Part shown: in pieces, positions 37,096 to 50,767 of the stretch | Layout of the letters: every line of letters starts with the position of its first letter | Position numbering within the stretch: the stretch's first letter is position 1 | Source: Octopus bimaculoides | Taxonomy: Eukaryota | Assembly: GCF_001194135.2 (NCBI RefSeq) | Contig: NC_068985.1 | Coordinates: 108,596,310-108,659,871, forward strand | Length of the DNA stretch: 63,562 nt | Direction: 5' to 3' | Position numbers and translations under genes: made by a program | The notes under the pieces: generated by a model | The model's input: only the letters and a program-made list of their open reading frames with translations | Told to the model about the DNA's origin: nothing | Database searches by the model: none

Positions 37096-39291
37096 ATCTC
37101 CTTAAATGTTTGATCGAATAAAATCATGGCCGCAAAAAATTTGATATTAATCGCGTATTAATTGTGTGTACGCAAACCAATGCACATATTGGCTAAAATA
37201 AAAAGCAAAAACAGCAGACATTTTATAGGCACATGCACTTTCACTGTCCATATTACACCGTCCATATTTCACTGCCAAACAGCAACAACACGCACCCCAT
37301 ATATAGATAACCTTTATATTCAATGGCCATATTTCATTACTATACTTCATACATGTCATGAATGCAATATATTTGTCGTCTTCTCATTTATTGTCTATTT
37401 TAGCTTTATATACCATATTGAGTACATTATCGTTGTAATAGAACATCTTGTACAGAGTCAACAATAGGGTGTGGATGTTGGGGTGTTTTACAAGGAAACA
37501 CATCACGATTAAAAAAAAAAGCAGAAAACAAGAAAAATATTGATTGCAGAAAACAAAATTCTATTTTAATTAAGGGTCAGATATAGTCAGATTGTGTGTG
37601 TGTAGTGTGTATATGTGAGTATAATAATGAGTTGAAGAAAAACAGGCTTCCGTGTCCAGATAGACAAATAGACAAATAAACTAGCAAAATATTTTGGATG
37701 ATCTCAGATCTGAATTTCTGGCTCTGTATAAAAATATCTCATCAGTGAGATATACACAGAGATATACATAGTACATAATTACAAATATATATACACAACA
37801 TACGGATACCTACATGCTATCCCAAGCATGGTGGTATCTCTTAGATACCCTTATTTATAATTTTAATAATAATTAATACCTATAAGGTTTTTAATCCCAT
37901 GCTGGCCACTTGATATGATCGGTATTTTGAATAACGATCTTATCCTTATATATATATATATCCACACATCTGTATGTCTGTGTAAAGAAGACAAGACTGC
38001 AATGCTATCTAGGTAATAACTATGCTCAATATACAGAGAAGAGGAGTCTAGGATAGTAATTCCATTCGATGTGCTCAATGTATACAATGGGTATATATTG
38101 TGCTTACAGCTATATCTCATCTTAAATTTCCAAAAACACGCTATATTGAATACAATTGTGGGTCTGGCGACAGGGATGGCTAAGACGAAAATTGAATTCA
38201 TAATCAATTATTTCAAATTCATAATTTATTGTGTTGTCAGTTTGACAATGAAAGTGTCAAGGGAGCACCATAGTTTGGCTCTGTTTATAGAATCAGTTGG
38301 CTTTAATACAGCCCTGTTGCAAAGGTTCATCTGTGATAAGATTGCTGCTTGTAATATTTGATTCGCGTATACTGCACCAAGTTATAACGTTTTAGAATGG
38401 ACCAAAGAGGTTAACACTTAGTAAAAGTGCAACCAGAAGACTATTGTGAAAGTGATTACAATGCTAACCCTCTGTATCAGATATATAGGGCAGCAGGAAA
38501 TAATACAAGTTTTGAACACTTTTAATATAAAAAAAAATAGTTGTAATTTATAATTTGCATATTTTAAATCTAACTTTAAAAGACAAACACTGTAATGATC
38601 TGTTTTATTGGTCTCCTCGGCATGTATTTATATTTCTAATTATTAATTTGTTTAGTTATCTTTCGATGTAAGAAAACGGGAAGGCTAAGAACAATGACAT
38701 TCCTTGGTAGACTCCATCTTGAAAAATTCCGAAAGTAGCTGTAATGAATCCTGTGTGTATTGGATGACGTCATTTATGTATTCTTTTGTGAAGAAGGTAT
38801 AACTCTAAAGTGAGTTTAAAAGACCGTTAAATGTGTTTTAATGCAAAAGATTTTTGGAAAAATACGACTGTAAGGAATTCAAGATCTTAAAATCAAGCAA
38901 TTGAATCCAGTTGAGGGAATGTAGTAAAAAACGACTGCATAACTTGCAATACAAAATTGCTATAAAAAAATCTACAAATAGAGTAACTTTACACTATATA
39001 AAGAATATATTTGGAAATTTTTTGAAATATGATTATAAATGGAGTAATTCAACTATACAAAAAAATGATCAATATTTATAAAAAACAAGATTGTAACTAT
39101 ATCCAGAAAAACATTTCTTGAATGTTAAAAATAGTGATTATATCAAAACTAATATTCTAGGAAAATAGTCTGCGTAACATAAATGACTATAAGAGGTGCT
39201 ATTTTTTTTTAACTATTTAAGAAATAAATTTCAAGAACATTTGTGATTATAAAGTGAGGTAAACATTTCTGAAACAAATATTTTAGCTTCA

Positions 39292-39507
39292 CAAGGCAGC
39301 GAGCTGGGAGAAGCGGTCAGCACGCCAGACAAAATGCGTTCCGGTATTTCGTCTGTTTTTATGTTTTGAGTTCAAATTCCGCCGAGGTCGACTTTGCTTT
39401 TCATCCTTTAGGGGTCGATAAATTAAGTACCAGCTGCGTACTGGGGTCGATCTAATCGACTGTTCCCCCACCCCAAAATTTAGGGCCTTGTGTCTAGAGT
39501 AGGAAAG
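39292..39507 (+). mobile_element. Family A SINE with about 15-bp TSD
   Basis: AATATTTTAGCTTCA at 39277-39291 versus AATATTTCAGCTTCA at 39508-39522. Confidence 0.88.
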
Positions 39508-39531
39508 AATATTTCAGCTTCAGTGTCTTTT

Positions 39532-39585
<54 letters not shown>

Positions 39586-39844
39586 TTATACGTTAATGAA
39601 TTTGTGTTACAAGATTCCTGATGTGAAATCGTGTGTTGCAACATATATTATTGTATTTCAGAATGGTAATTTTTTTTTTGGCAAATAGACACACGGACTA
39701 TATATTTGTTCTTTTCACGTTTATTACTGTTCTTATTTTAATTTTATTTTAACTCATGTCAATTGTCCAGAAATCTTTCGTCACACATCTGTGACCTCTT
39801 CACCGACACTTTTCGCTTTCGTGTGTGCTCTTGCTCCACTTACT

Positions 39845-39898
39845 CATTCTGTTCATCTAAGATGTGTATCCTTATATGCACATGCGTTTGCGTCTGTA

Positions 39899-39939
<41 letters not shown>

Positions 39940-40905
39940 ATATGTGTGTATGTGTGTGTGTGTGTGTGTGTATACTTGTGTGTATGTCATTGTTCTTAGC
40001 AGCAGTATGGCCTTCCCCTCAGCCCTATCCTCTCACCCCATTGTGCTGCTTTTGTTCTAAGACCTTAAAATTTGGTACAGTTCCTGTATCTCTCTGTGTG
40101 TTTATTGGAAAGACTGCACGCAGCATAGGAGAGCGTATAGGCTGACATTGGCGAGAGCGCAAAGAGGAGAAAAGCCCGTCAGTACTCTCTCAACATGCTC
40201 AGGCAGGACATGGAAGCTCGATTAATAGCATAGATGTTAAAGAATTATTGACGCATAGAACTGACACGACACTTAGATATATAACTTAGGCTAAACATAT
40301 AGGAGTAGACAGACCGAGCCTCAATAGAAAACACGAATGTAACAGTAACACCCACCACCACACCACAACAGATGACTAAAGGCAGAAGGGAAGAGAAGAG
40401 AGAGGAAATATTTGTAAATAATGCACAAACGCTAACAGGGTAATACACACACAATAGACATATATGCACTTACGTGTGATACATATAAGAAATAAAGATA
40501 GATAGATAATACATAAATAAATATGTAAATAGATAAGTAAATAGATATATTTGTCACATACTTGTGATAGATATAAGAAATAAAGATAGATGAAATAAAT
40601 AAATAAATCCATGTAAAGTGCCTGCATACAAACAACATACGAAGCGAACCCATACACACACACAACCACACAAGAAATTTCACGGACGGCCACACTATTA
40701 ACAACACGAATAACAATGACAGCAGCAGCGGCGGTGAAAACAATGGCAATAACAACAACTACCACAATGGCAACACCGTGGGCGAACACACAAACACAGA
40801 GAGCTGCAGGTACTGTACCAAATTTTCGGGTCTTAGGACAGTAGCAACACAATGGAGTGAGATGATGGGGCTGAGGAGAAGGCCATACTGCTGCTAAGAA
40901 CAATG

Positions 40906-40965
<60 letters not shown>

Positions 40966-41060
40966 GTATACACACACTCACACACATACATACACATGCA
41001 CACACAAACACGGACGCAAACTCATGTGTACATAAGGATACACATCTTAGAAGTGCAGAT
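39845..41060. repeat. Long inverted repeat (about 260-bp arms, 39845-40103 and 40792-41060) around a Penelope fragment
   Basis: CTAAGATGTGTATCCTTAT...GTCATTGTTCTTAGCAGCAGTATGGCCTTC.CCTCAGCCC...TTTGGTACAGT.CCTG in arm 1 reappears reverse-complemented in arm 2. Confidence 0.88.
40099..40345 (+). mobile_element. Penelope-like GIY-YIG endonuclease remnant
   Basis: VFIGKTARSIGERIG*HWRERKEEKSPSVLSQHAQAGHGSSINSIDVKELL...RYIT*AKHIGVDRPSLNR follows the PLE pattern YIG.T.R.L..R..EH...S.L..H...GH...PSLNR; two stops. Confidence 0.75.
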
Positions 41061-41359
41061 GATATAAATGCATGCAAAGATCAGATTTACCCCATCATCA
41101 AATGTCTCCATTTATTTCTAATCAATATAACCACAGAATTTTCTGACACTTTTTCCTCGGCAAGAATTATTAGCGTCAATGCCGTTTCATTTCATTACGA
41201 ACATAATTTCAGTTGTTTAACCTTTTTTTTTTTTTTTGTGAGCGTTTTTTGTTTGGCTCATTAAGTAAGTTAGAGTGCGCATAAAGACATATCTATTATA
41301 ACATTCTTCTTGAGCATTCGTAACAGCATAAGTGTGTTTGAGTGTTAGACCTTTCCCCA

Positions 41360-41572
41360 CCTTAACTACGGAACGCAGCGGAAGATATAGACGAAGCTTA
41401 TTTAAGGTAATGGAACAAGTTCTAATATTACATGTAAAATAACCCTCCTTAACTATGGAGTGTAATCGTATTCATAAACGAAATTTCTAAGGTAATGGAA
41501 CAATTTCAAAAATTACATTTTAAAACTATTTTAACTATAGAATGCAAGGGAAACCAAACGAAGTTTTAACGG
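41360..41572 (+). repeat. Diverged tandem repeat, about 2.5 units of 82-87 bp
   Basis: TTAACTA(C/T)(G/A)GA...A(G/A)ACGAA...TAAGGTAATGGAACAA recurs at about 41360, 41447 and 41529. Confidence 0.7.
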
Positions 41573-41944
41573 AGAGAAAGAAGTCTGAATGTTATGGTTT
41601 AAAAACAAACTTAATAATAGAATGAATTCAGTATCATGGAAGAATGTTATGAAGATTTTGAGATTATATTTATCAAATTAAACACAAGAAAATTTATAAA
41701 AAGGTGAAATCTCTATGGGTTCCGCTAGACATATAAATGTCTTTAAAAATCTTCGCAAATCAATCATTAAAAAGAGAGAAATACTTTTAAACTTATTCAT
41801 AAAACAAGATGCCTTCATGTGATGTGAAGATGTTTCTGCCGTAAAGGATAGAATGAACTTCTCATCAAAACAACGTTTAATTCATTTCATGAATTGATAA
41901 TTCTTTTTTCCTGGGCAGTGTAGTAGAAGCAATGCAGGTGATCA

Positions 41945-42002
<58 letters not shown>

Positions 42003-44082
42003 TGATGAGTGATCAACGTTGACCTCAGATTCAAGATACTTTTTTGAGTATGCTTGTTGTATAAATTTGTTCATTAACATACAATCGTCTAAAGTCCGAA
42101 CTTGTTTCAAACTTCACCTGAGGGTGAATAACATACATCGTACGCTTGGTTGCCCTTACGTAAATAGAACACGAAGTTGTGTGAAAACAAAAAGAGGAAT
42201 AGTTAATGTTCATTTAATCTAGAAATATCATTGAAATCTCCCTCAGGTTAAACCGTGCTGCCTTTGAATGGAATTGGATGGCTTACAATGAATACCTGTG
42301 ATAATTCTCCACAGCCAGCAGAGATCGTGGGTTATAAAAGAAAAAAACAATTAGCATCATAACCCACAGGTGCAAATGCTGGCGTATGGGAGACAGAGCT
42401 ACTTGTTTATTATAAGTTACAAAAATAAATCTATAAAGTCATTGAAACATTCCATCCTACGGAAATGCTTTAGTATAAAGAAAAACATTAACCCCCCCCC
42501 CCCGAGAGTGAGGATAAACTAGAACTACGTAATTATGAATGATGGTTCCAAATTTTGGCACAAGCCAGCAATTTTAGAGGAAAGTTATGTAAATTAGATC
42601 GATTCCAGTGCTCAACTGATATTTATTTTATCGACTTCCAAAGAATGAAAGGCAAAATCATTCTCAGCGGAGTTTGAACTCAGAATTACACGGGTTGGTA
42701 GAAATGCTGCTAAATATTTTGTCCCACGTGCTGATGATACAACCAGTTCGATACTTTTGTGTCAAAATCAATACTGTTTCTGGATTTACGTACATGACCA
42801 GCGACTTTGAAGGGAGGTAGTTTGTCCATACCATCGCACCAAATGAATGACTAGTATTTCACTTCATCGCCGAACTTAATTTTCTGGTTCATCGTGGTGA
42901 ATGACATACAAAGTTAACTTCGGCGGGATTTGAACGCAGATCATAATGAATCAAAACAAATATCACCAAAATATGTTTGCCGACGCTTCTTTCAGTTCTT
43001 CATCCTCTGCTATCTTTAAAGAATAAGTATATTTGTTTAGAATACCAAAATAATTGAATTAAAAAAAATAATAAATCATGTTTTGAGAATACTATTAAGC
43101 TGAAAGAAAACTGAATATTTTAAATAAACAAATTATTTCAAGAGAATTATTAATCTAAAAAAAATGAACATTCGTAAAATAAACAAATTGTCTTGGTTAT
43201 GACACTAATATTATTTAAATCTTCATATTTACACCAAGGAGTTCAAACTAGAAAATTCAACTATATACTCCACTAGATGTCGAAAATAAAAGCTTTTAAC
43301 AGTGTCTATAACTTTTCTTAATATAATATACATTGAATAAAAATATCGATAACAATGAAATAAAATCATATAAAACGGCTTGCATATATATTTTTGTCTG
43401 TGTTAATGATTACTACAGCAACAAAAGGGCAACCATTTTGTCACGTCTTCGCGCTGCACCATGGGAAATCATTAACACAAACTCTTTTTCTTCACTTGTC
43501 AAACTGTCAGAAAGCCAAATAAAAAATAATAAAATATTTTAAAAATAAACAGAAAAAAGACTTTGTGAATTTTGATTTTCTTTTGTATAAAGAAAGTATG
43601 AATGTGTTTCGAGGAAGAGATTGACTGGATTGAGGCAACACATAAACATGTATACAGATTAATCAATGAACAAAAATGAATCGCTTGATCCTGTACTCAA
43701 GACATGATATTAAATATGAAATGAAATCAAATAGCTATCCATACTACGAATTACTATTATTACGGAATTTATTCATTATCTAATAGGCATAATCAGCAGT
43801 TTGCAAAGATAGATATTCTTCTAGAAGTTAATAGTGAGATGGGACTCTTTTATTAAAAAATATAGATATGTGTATGCCTTTGTGTCTGAGTTTGTACACC
43901 ACCACATCTTCATAATCTGTGTTCGTGTGTTTACGTCCCTTAAATCAACAGTTCAGCAAAACAGATAGAATAAGTGCCTGGCTTAAAAAATATAAGTACG
44001 GGGGTCTATTCCCTCTGTTAGAATTATTTAATGTGGTGTTCCAGTATGGCTGCAGTCTATTCAGTGAAACAACTAAAAGATA

Positions 44083-44205
<123 letters not shown>

Positions 44206-44659
44206 CATACATATATTATATGTGTGTGCGCGTGCTTTTTTGTGTCTGTATGTGTGTGTGTTTGTGTGTGTACATAGAGCTTCTTTTAGTTTGGTTCTGA
44301 CAAATCAACTCTCAATCTCAAAGCATTTTCTTGGGAAAATGCGTATGCTCACACTGACAATTTTTAACATCAAACACTGGAGTCCGATACCATAAATATT
44401 CTTCACCAAGATGATTATATTCACCAAGCTTTATATCTTCACTAGAAGCAGGATAAAGTTGAATCTGATGAAGAAGGTCATAGTTTTATAGAAGAGTAAT
44501 GATATTCAGTATATTTATTGCTAATCCTTCGATTATTTTTATTCGAAAGATATGTTGGTGTATGGTTTGCTTACGTTAATTAGGATTTAAATGCAATAAT
44601 TATAACCTTACACGGATGCTTTTTCATATCTTATTCAATAGTTATGTTCCAAAGTGGAA

Positions 44660-45030
44660 TCAAGTCCATGTGTTTAACAAACTTTCTTTGAAACGTGTGC
44701 TTTCTGATTCAGTCCCATTGCATGGCACCTTGAGTATCTTCTACTGTAACCCTCAGCCGATCAATGCCTGTGGGAGAATTTCGTTGACTGAAACCATGTA
44801 GAAGATTGTCGTACATATGTGTGCGTGTTTGCCTCCACCATCGCATGACAATGTTGGTTTGCATACATCCCCATATTCTTGCGGTTTGGCAAAAGTGGCC
44901 AATAATATAAGTAACACACTTTAAAAAATATGTACTGGGGTCGATTTGTACGATCAAACCTCTTCCAGGCAGTGCTCCAGTATGACCACAATCCCATGAC
45001 TGAAACTAGTAAAAGATAAACGAATAGTTT
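44660..45030 (+). mobile_element. Old full-length family C SINE
   Basis: TCAGTCCCATTGCATGGCACCTTG...CTTCTACTGTA...GTACTGGGGTCGATTTG...GGCAGTGCTCCAGTATGACC...TGACTGAAACTAGTAAAAGATAAA. Confidence 0.8.
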
Positions 45031-45984
45031 AATTTTCTGAGAATACACATCCACTCTTTGACCATGAACTATCTAATTATGATAAAATGTAAAAAAAATT
45101 AAAGAAGAAAAAAAAAAGCAAGAAAAAAAACGAGGAGCCTTAATCGACGATAGTCTAATTAAAAATATACATGGCAGACTTGTTGCAAATGCACGATATA
45201 GAAATCCAACCGTGACATTTGATACGAGGCGGAAGAGATGTACTACATAGAGGTGTATTTAAAATCAATAAATGCCTAACATACATTGCCTTTAAACATA
45301 ATTTTCTTTCCTTTAAGTTATTTCTCCTACTCCATTTATTGATGAATTTTACCAATTTATCTTTCAATGATTTCGAAAAGAAACAAAAATCTTTCGACTC
45401 GTGTCGATGCTTCCTCATTATTCTGCTCCATATCTGAAAGTTCGAAAGGTTTTGAAAACTATTCTTTTTATACATTATGAAACGTTTTCGACAATTATAT
45501 TCTCCAGCGGACATAACCAATGATATGACACCATGAAAAGTTTTGGATTTACGAACTGAATCCCCGAATATTTACGAGTGTAAGAGGATATAATATTCTA
45601 TGTTTATAGAATATACTAAAAACAAAAATGTGTCAATGGAATTAATTTTAGTTGCTATGAAGTGTAAGCAAAACTGGTAAAATATAATTTAACAAGATTA
45701 ATGGAAATTGAATGAATGAGAAAGGCAGCCATTCCTTGTTAATTCCTCACACACACATAGATGCGCGCGCGCACACAAACACACACACACACGTATATTG
45801 ATACAAGCTTGTACTGGATTCGATGGTCCAACGGAAGACAACGGTGATGTGTCAAAAAGTTATGTTAAGTTGTAGTACTATGTTCACAAAGAAGCAATAG
45901 CATTCCAGTGAAAATGATGAGTGGGCTAGAGTGGGGACTTATTTTTACACTTCATCATTTGTGAAGGGTCTTGCCTGACCTTAC

Positions 45985-47310
45985 TGTGGTATGGGAAAAC
46001 AAAACGTATTCCACCTACTTTCTCTCGTAGCGTCAATCCTTTCCAGGCGGGATATATCTGTGGGTGTGAGACCCGCCTAACTTCTGGATACCACCTAACG
46101 GCAAATTCCTTGAACTGACTCAGCCACCATTTGAGTCCCGACCGACAGCTCCAAAGCAAACGATGTCTATGCTTCAACTCACGTGAACGACTTTGCTTCC
46201 GTTCCTCCGTGGTTAGGTTGTTGGACTCATGATCGTAAGATTGTGGTTTCGATTCCTGGACCAGGTAACATGTGTTTTTGAGCGAAACACTTCATTTCAC
46301 ATTGCTCTAGTTCACTCAGCTGGCAAAAATGAGTAATCTTGCGACGGTCCGGCTCCTGTCTAGGTGAGGAATTTATGTGCCATGAAACCGGGAAACCCGC
46401 CCTTATGAATCGGCATGACCTGAAAAGGTAATATTTTTTTACTCCATTCCCTGTCAAAACCCATCATCCACCTGAGTGGACGTCACTCACGCTGTGATTT
46501 CCATAGTGATGGAACGCTGCTTGCATCCTCTCTTCCTCCTTCGTCGTCCGACAACTCGACGATCCTGCGAGAATCCAAGCCATGGCGCGCCATTTTATCC
46601 AGAGGCACGTTGTTTCAAGAATTCACAGCCATTACTGTTTCTTTTCCTCATTGAGACGTACAATAGGTATTTAGGGACTTGGCTTAGACCTCATCCTCCT
46701 CCCTGCAAAAAACCAGTCTCTCTCTTCCACAAAGTAACTGTAATACCATACACGGGTGTTGCCATTCATATCTGAATATCATTCGGTATGACACCGACTC
46801 CTCACTCTGTCCTAACCGGGATGACATATATGAAAATATTATCCCAGTTGGTGAGCTATGTCCATTTCGAGGTACAAGGTCAAAGACAGAGTCATGAGAC
46901 CTACTATATCCTCAATGCCTTTGTAGGCTGGCCAGTATCTTTAACTTCTGAATCCAGGTAATAACATCTTCTTTGTTACGGAAGGGTCTGATGGTATCGC
47001 TTTTGATCCTTATTGTTTGTTGAAATATAGTCTGGTATAGGGGGAGAATGCATGAAGGCCGAAATAGCTCGTGGTGTGGAGGAAAATATAAACGTGTCTC
47101 ACCTTCCTCGCGGATCCCCTCGTAACAATGATCCTTTCCAGACGAGTTACTCTTGAGTGCCCTATTCGCCTAACCTCTGGCCACAACCTAGCGGCAAATT
47201 CCCTGAGCTCACGCGGCCACCATGCCCGTTCCGATCGACAGCCTCAAAGCAAAAGAAACCTACATTAGACGTCCTTCTGTTCACGTGACCTGCCTTGTTC
47301 CACCCTTACA
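45985..47310. repeat. Two diverged direct copies of an unidentified element (about 45985-46200 and 47070-47310)
   Basis: Shared ATCCTTTCCAG, CGCCTAAC.TCTGG, CCTA.CGGCAAATTCC.TGA, GCCACCAT, CGACAGC..CAAAGCAAA and TCACGTGA blocks in the same order. Confidence 0.75.
46200..46430 (+). mobile_element. tRNA-derived SINE family D (second copy at about 61095-61340 +)
   Basis: GTGGTTAGG.TGTTGGACTCATGATC.TAAG.T.GTGGTTTCGATTC...TTGAGC.AA..ACTT...TTCACTCAG.TGG.AAAAATGA.TAATCTTGCGA is shared by both copies. Confidence 0.85.
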
Positions 47311-48278
47311 CTTCACTGTGCACGTTGCTAAGCTCCTGGCTCTTCCACTGCATACTGGTTCTCAGAAATTCTCTCCTTTATAAGTTCAGAATAAACCTAC
47401 CTTGATGGATATGCGGTGACATCATCACTCGAAAGTTTGGGAGTTTTTTTACCTTGAATTTCATTGGGTAGATCTTTGTCAATATCATAACTCAAACTAC
47501 CAAATTCATGACAGAAAAACAAGACCAGCATTCGAAGCAAAGAGTAAACTTGCTACGTACTAAAAAGCGGTTAAATCAGTTGAATAGTCATCACGTCTAA
47601 ACAATGCTTGTAAAACATACAAGTACTGTTGGCTTCTAATACACTTTCATTCTAAATTTCTCCTCCATTTTGGTCAGCTTTTATTTGTGTACATCTACGA
47701 TAAGCCTACCAAACTACGTTTTTCATTTATCAATGTTTAATACAATTCATAATTGTGAATCATTTTGAACACACTATTTTGGAAGATGTGATTTCTAAAT
47801 TTTCCGGATAAAATGTTTGTTTTTTTCTTATACTTTCAAAGGATAAAAAATAATCATAAAATATGATATTTTTTTTTGTGATGTATTTAAAATTCAGTAA
47901 AGGCTCCTTTCTGAAACGTTAGAAACTCGTCTTTTCTACAAGATTTGATATTATACCAATTTAACACCTGGTTTAGCCCAGGTAATCGCAGTTGCAGGAG
48001 ATGTTATCTCGGAAATACAATAAAAATTTTGGCTAAGAAATAAAATCACAAAAACAAAACAAAACAAAACAAAACTAGAAAACTGTCATTTCATTTACAT
48101 AGAATACATAATAGCAAACAATATTAAATAAGTAATATTTTAAGTAGCTTATTACCTGACGATTCATTATACACATTGACAACGCAATTTCTATAATGAC
48201 TTGCATTATAAGTATGTGAAAAACAATGTTTTATTTGATATTTCAAATAAAACGATGTTGATTTAAAATGTTTAAGTC

Positions 48279-48323
<45 letters not shown>

Positions 48324-49419
48324 CCTAACACTTTTCCTAGTCTCTTCCTATTACTTTTTATGATGGATTTATTTAGAAAAGACAATCCTTGATCGTTGTA
48401 CGCCTATATTTAAACACTTTCTGTACGCAACTATCGCATGTTATTCCAAAGAAGTGCATAAAACAACATTAAACATTACATAAATTATACTTCGTTTTTA
48501 GAGATAGAAAAACGAACGTGATTTGGAGATTTAGCAGTTATCCCTAACAGGTCGAATAAGTCAATTTATGAACCTCAACGTGACTGTTTGGTTATTTACA
48601 AATAACAACCTAATCTCAGTCAAACTTTAATATAATAAAAAAAAGAAGAGTTAATGGATTAATACAGTATACTATGCACTGTTCACCTTGAGATACGTTG
48701 GAAAAGACAAGGGGTCATAGCTAGAGCACCTTTCATTCTAGATATATTTAGTCAAGGGTGATCTCATGCTAAAAAGCTACAATGATTACATACAGATTAT
48801 CTCAACTCAAACCATAATACTAGCTCAAGATCAGAAATCTGGAAATAGGTAGGAAGCTTTAGTAGATTATATATATTCCAAAAGTTAACTCGTATTTGTT
48901 TCACCACCCGACGAATCTCCGCAGAGGTGGGAAAAGGAAAATGAGTCTGGTAGGAATTGCACCTGAAATTTACAGAATCTAAACTAAATTATGCGCCACA
49001 AGGTCCAGTTGTTGCACCGTGGTGGCTGTACACCTTAATGATTCCAAGAGTAATGGCAGTAAAGCACAAGTTTTAGTACGTCCACTCATGCTGGACAGGT
49101 CAAAACTTAGAGGATAGACCGATGTAGGTCATTTATTTCCAGAGGTGCTAAACTACGGAAAAAGGCAATAAAAAAAAAATCAAAGACAATTTGTAATCAA
49201 CAAATCTTTTAGAGAAAGGTCTTCCCTCAGGACTGAAGTACAAGCGGGTCAAGGACAGTGGACAAAACTTTTCGTTGCTCCCGCCATAGAAAGTGAACGG
49301 TTTAAGTAAGTAAACTAAACCATAGCAATTTAGTTCAGTGGTCTATTTCTAACAATTAACGATATGATATGAATAAATATTTGAAGATGTTACGGCTGAC
49401 TGTATCAAACTTAGTATGA

Positions 49420-49620
49420 AACTGGTGAAGCTCTATGAAGCATCCGTAGTCAACACGCTTGTATATGGTAAAAAAAAGCTTCAGTGGTACATGATGATCA
49501 AGTGGGAAAGCTTATGTCTCATATGAGATGCCTTCGCAAAATCATGGGCATCTCAGTGGAAGAAAATGTCACCAATTGTTAGGTTCTTGGAAGAACAGGA
49601 TCTAAAACCATACTCAAGGT
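49420..49620 (+). mobile_element. RTE LINE fragment
   Basis: VKLYEASVVNTLVYG...HMRCLRKIMGISVEENVTN matches RTE K.Y.A.V...LLYG...HMRCLR.ILGI.W.DKVTN. Confidence 0.6.
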
Positions 49621-50384
49621 GTTCAGTGAGCGTAGAGTGAGATGATGTAGCAATATGCGCTGCGTGGATTGAAGTCAAATTTTGAAAAATCTATTGCTTG
49701 ACTTGCTTATGTGTTGATTGCATGTAATAAGGAATCCCAGCATGAGATATAATAGTAATGCATGCAAAAGGGGACCTCAGTTAATGCTCAATGAAATAGA
49801 GTCATTAGAAAACATAAACCCAGACGTTTATTGTGAGAGCATATTGTAAATGCAAGGGCAAAAAGTGGAGCATTATCCATCACTAAAAAGGTGTAAGGCA
49901 TCAACTAGACACAAAGACTAAGCTTTTATATGTAGGATATCCAAAAAAAGCTACTCCACTCGAATGGGCTCACTAAATCATGTCATATGATATGATTTGT
50001 CAGTGTAATGAGGGAATAGGAAAACAGGGGAGTAGCGGGGAAAGGAAGGGAAGAGAATAGAAAAAAGAGAGAAAAAGAATTTACCATTGACTTCTAAGAA
50101 GAACAGAGACTGATATAAAGACCACAACTTGGAATTTAACTTACTATCCCGCAATGACGGAAAGTTGAAATCGACTCTGGTGCGATTTGAACTGCGTATG
50201 TTAAGAGATGTAACCAAATGATGCGCAACAGTCTCATGGTTCTGCCATTTTGCTATCCTTTCATAAGGTCAATCAAAAAGGAGCATGTACATGGTTGTTT
50301 GCCCTGGTGAAAATAGCAGCCAAATATTGCTAAAATTGCGTTCATTACCTTAAAGTCTAAAGAATACATTAAATGCTGTAGTGC

Positions 50385-50767
50385 TTGTTGTTGTTGGCAC
50401 TCCGTCGCTTACGACGTCGAGGGTTCCAGTCGATCCGATCAACCTGCTCGTGAAATTAACGTGCAAGTGACTGAGCACTCCACAGACACGTGTACCCTTA
50501 ACGTAGTTCTCGGGGATATTCAGCGTGACACAGAGTGCGACAAGGCTGACCCTTAGAATTACAGGTACAACAGAAACAGGAAGTAAGAGTGAGAGAAAGT
50601 TGTGGTGAAAGAGTACAGCAGGGTTCGCCACCATCCCCTGCCGGAGCCTCGTGGAGCTTTAGGTGTTTTCGCTCAATAAACACTCATAACGCCCGGTCTG
50701 GGAATCGAAACCGCGATCCTATGACCGCGAGTCCACTGCCCTAACCACTGGGCCATTGCGCCTCCAC
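50385..50767 (-). mobile_element. Full-length young family B SINE
   Basis: Nearly identical over about 380 bp to 14421-14803; (GTT)n tail; no clear TSD. Confidence 0.92.

Noticed and set aside
38050-38520. Possible Tc1/mariner transposase traces (WVWRQG, GSTIVWLC, NVLEW)
   Set aside because: Motifs are short and in different frames, with no DD34E spacing or TIRs recognisable.
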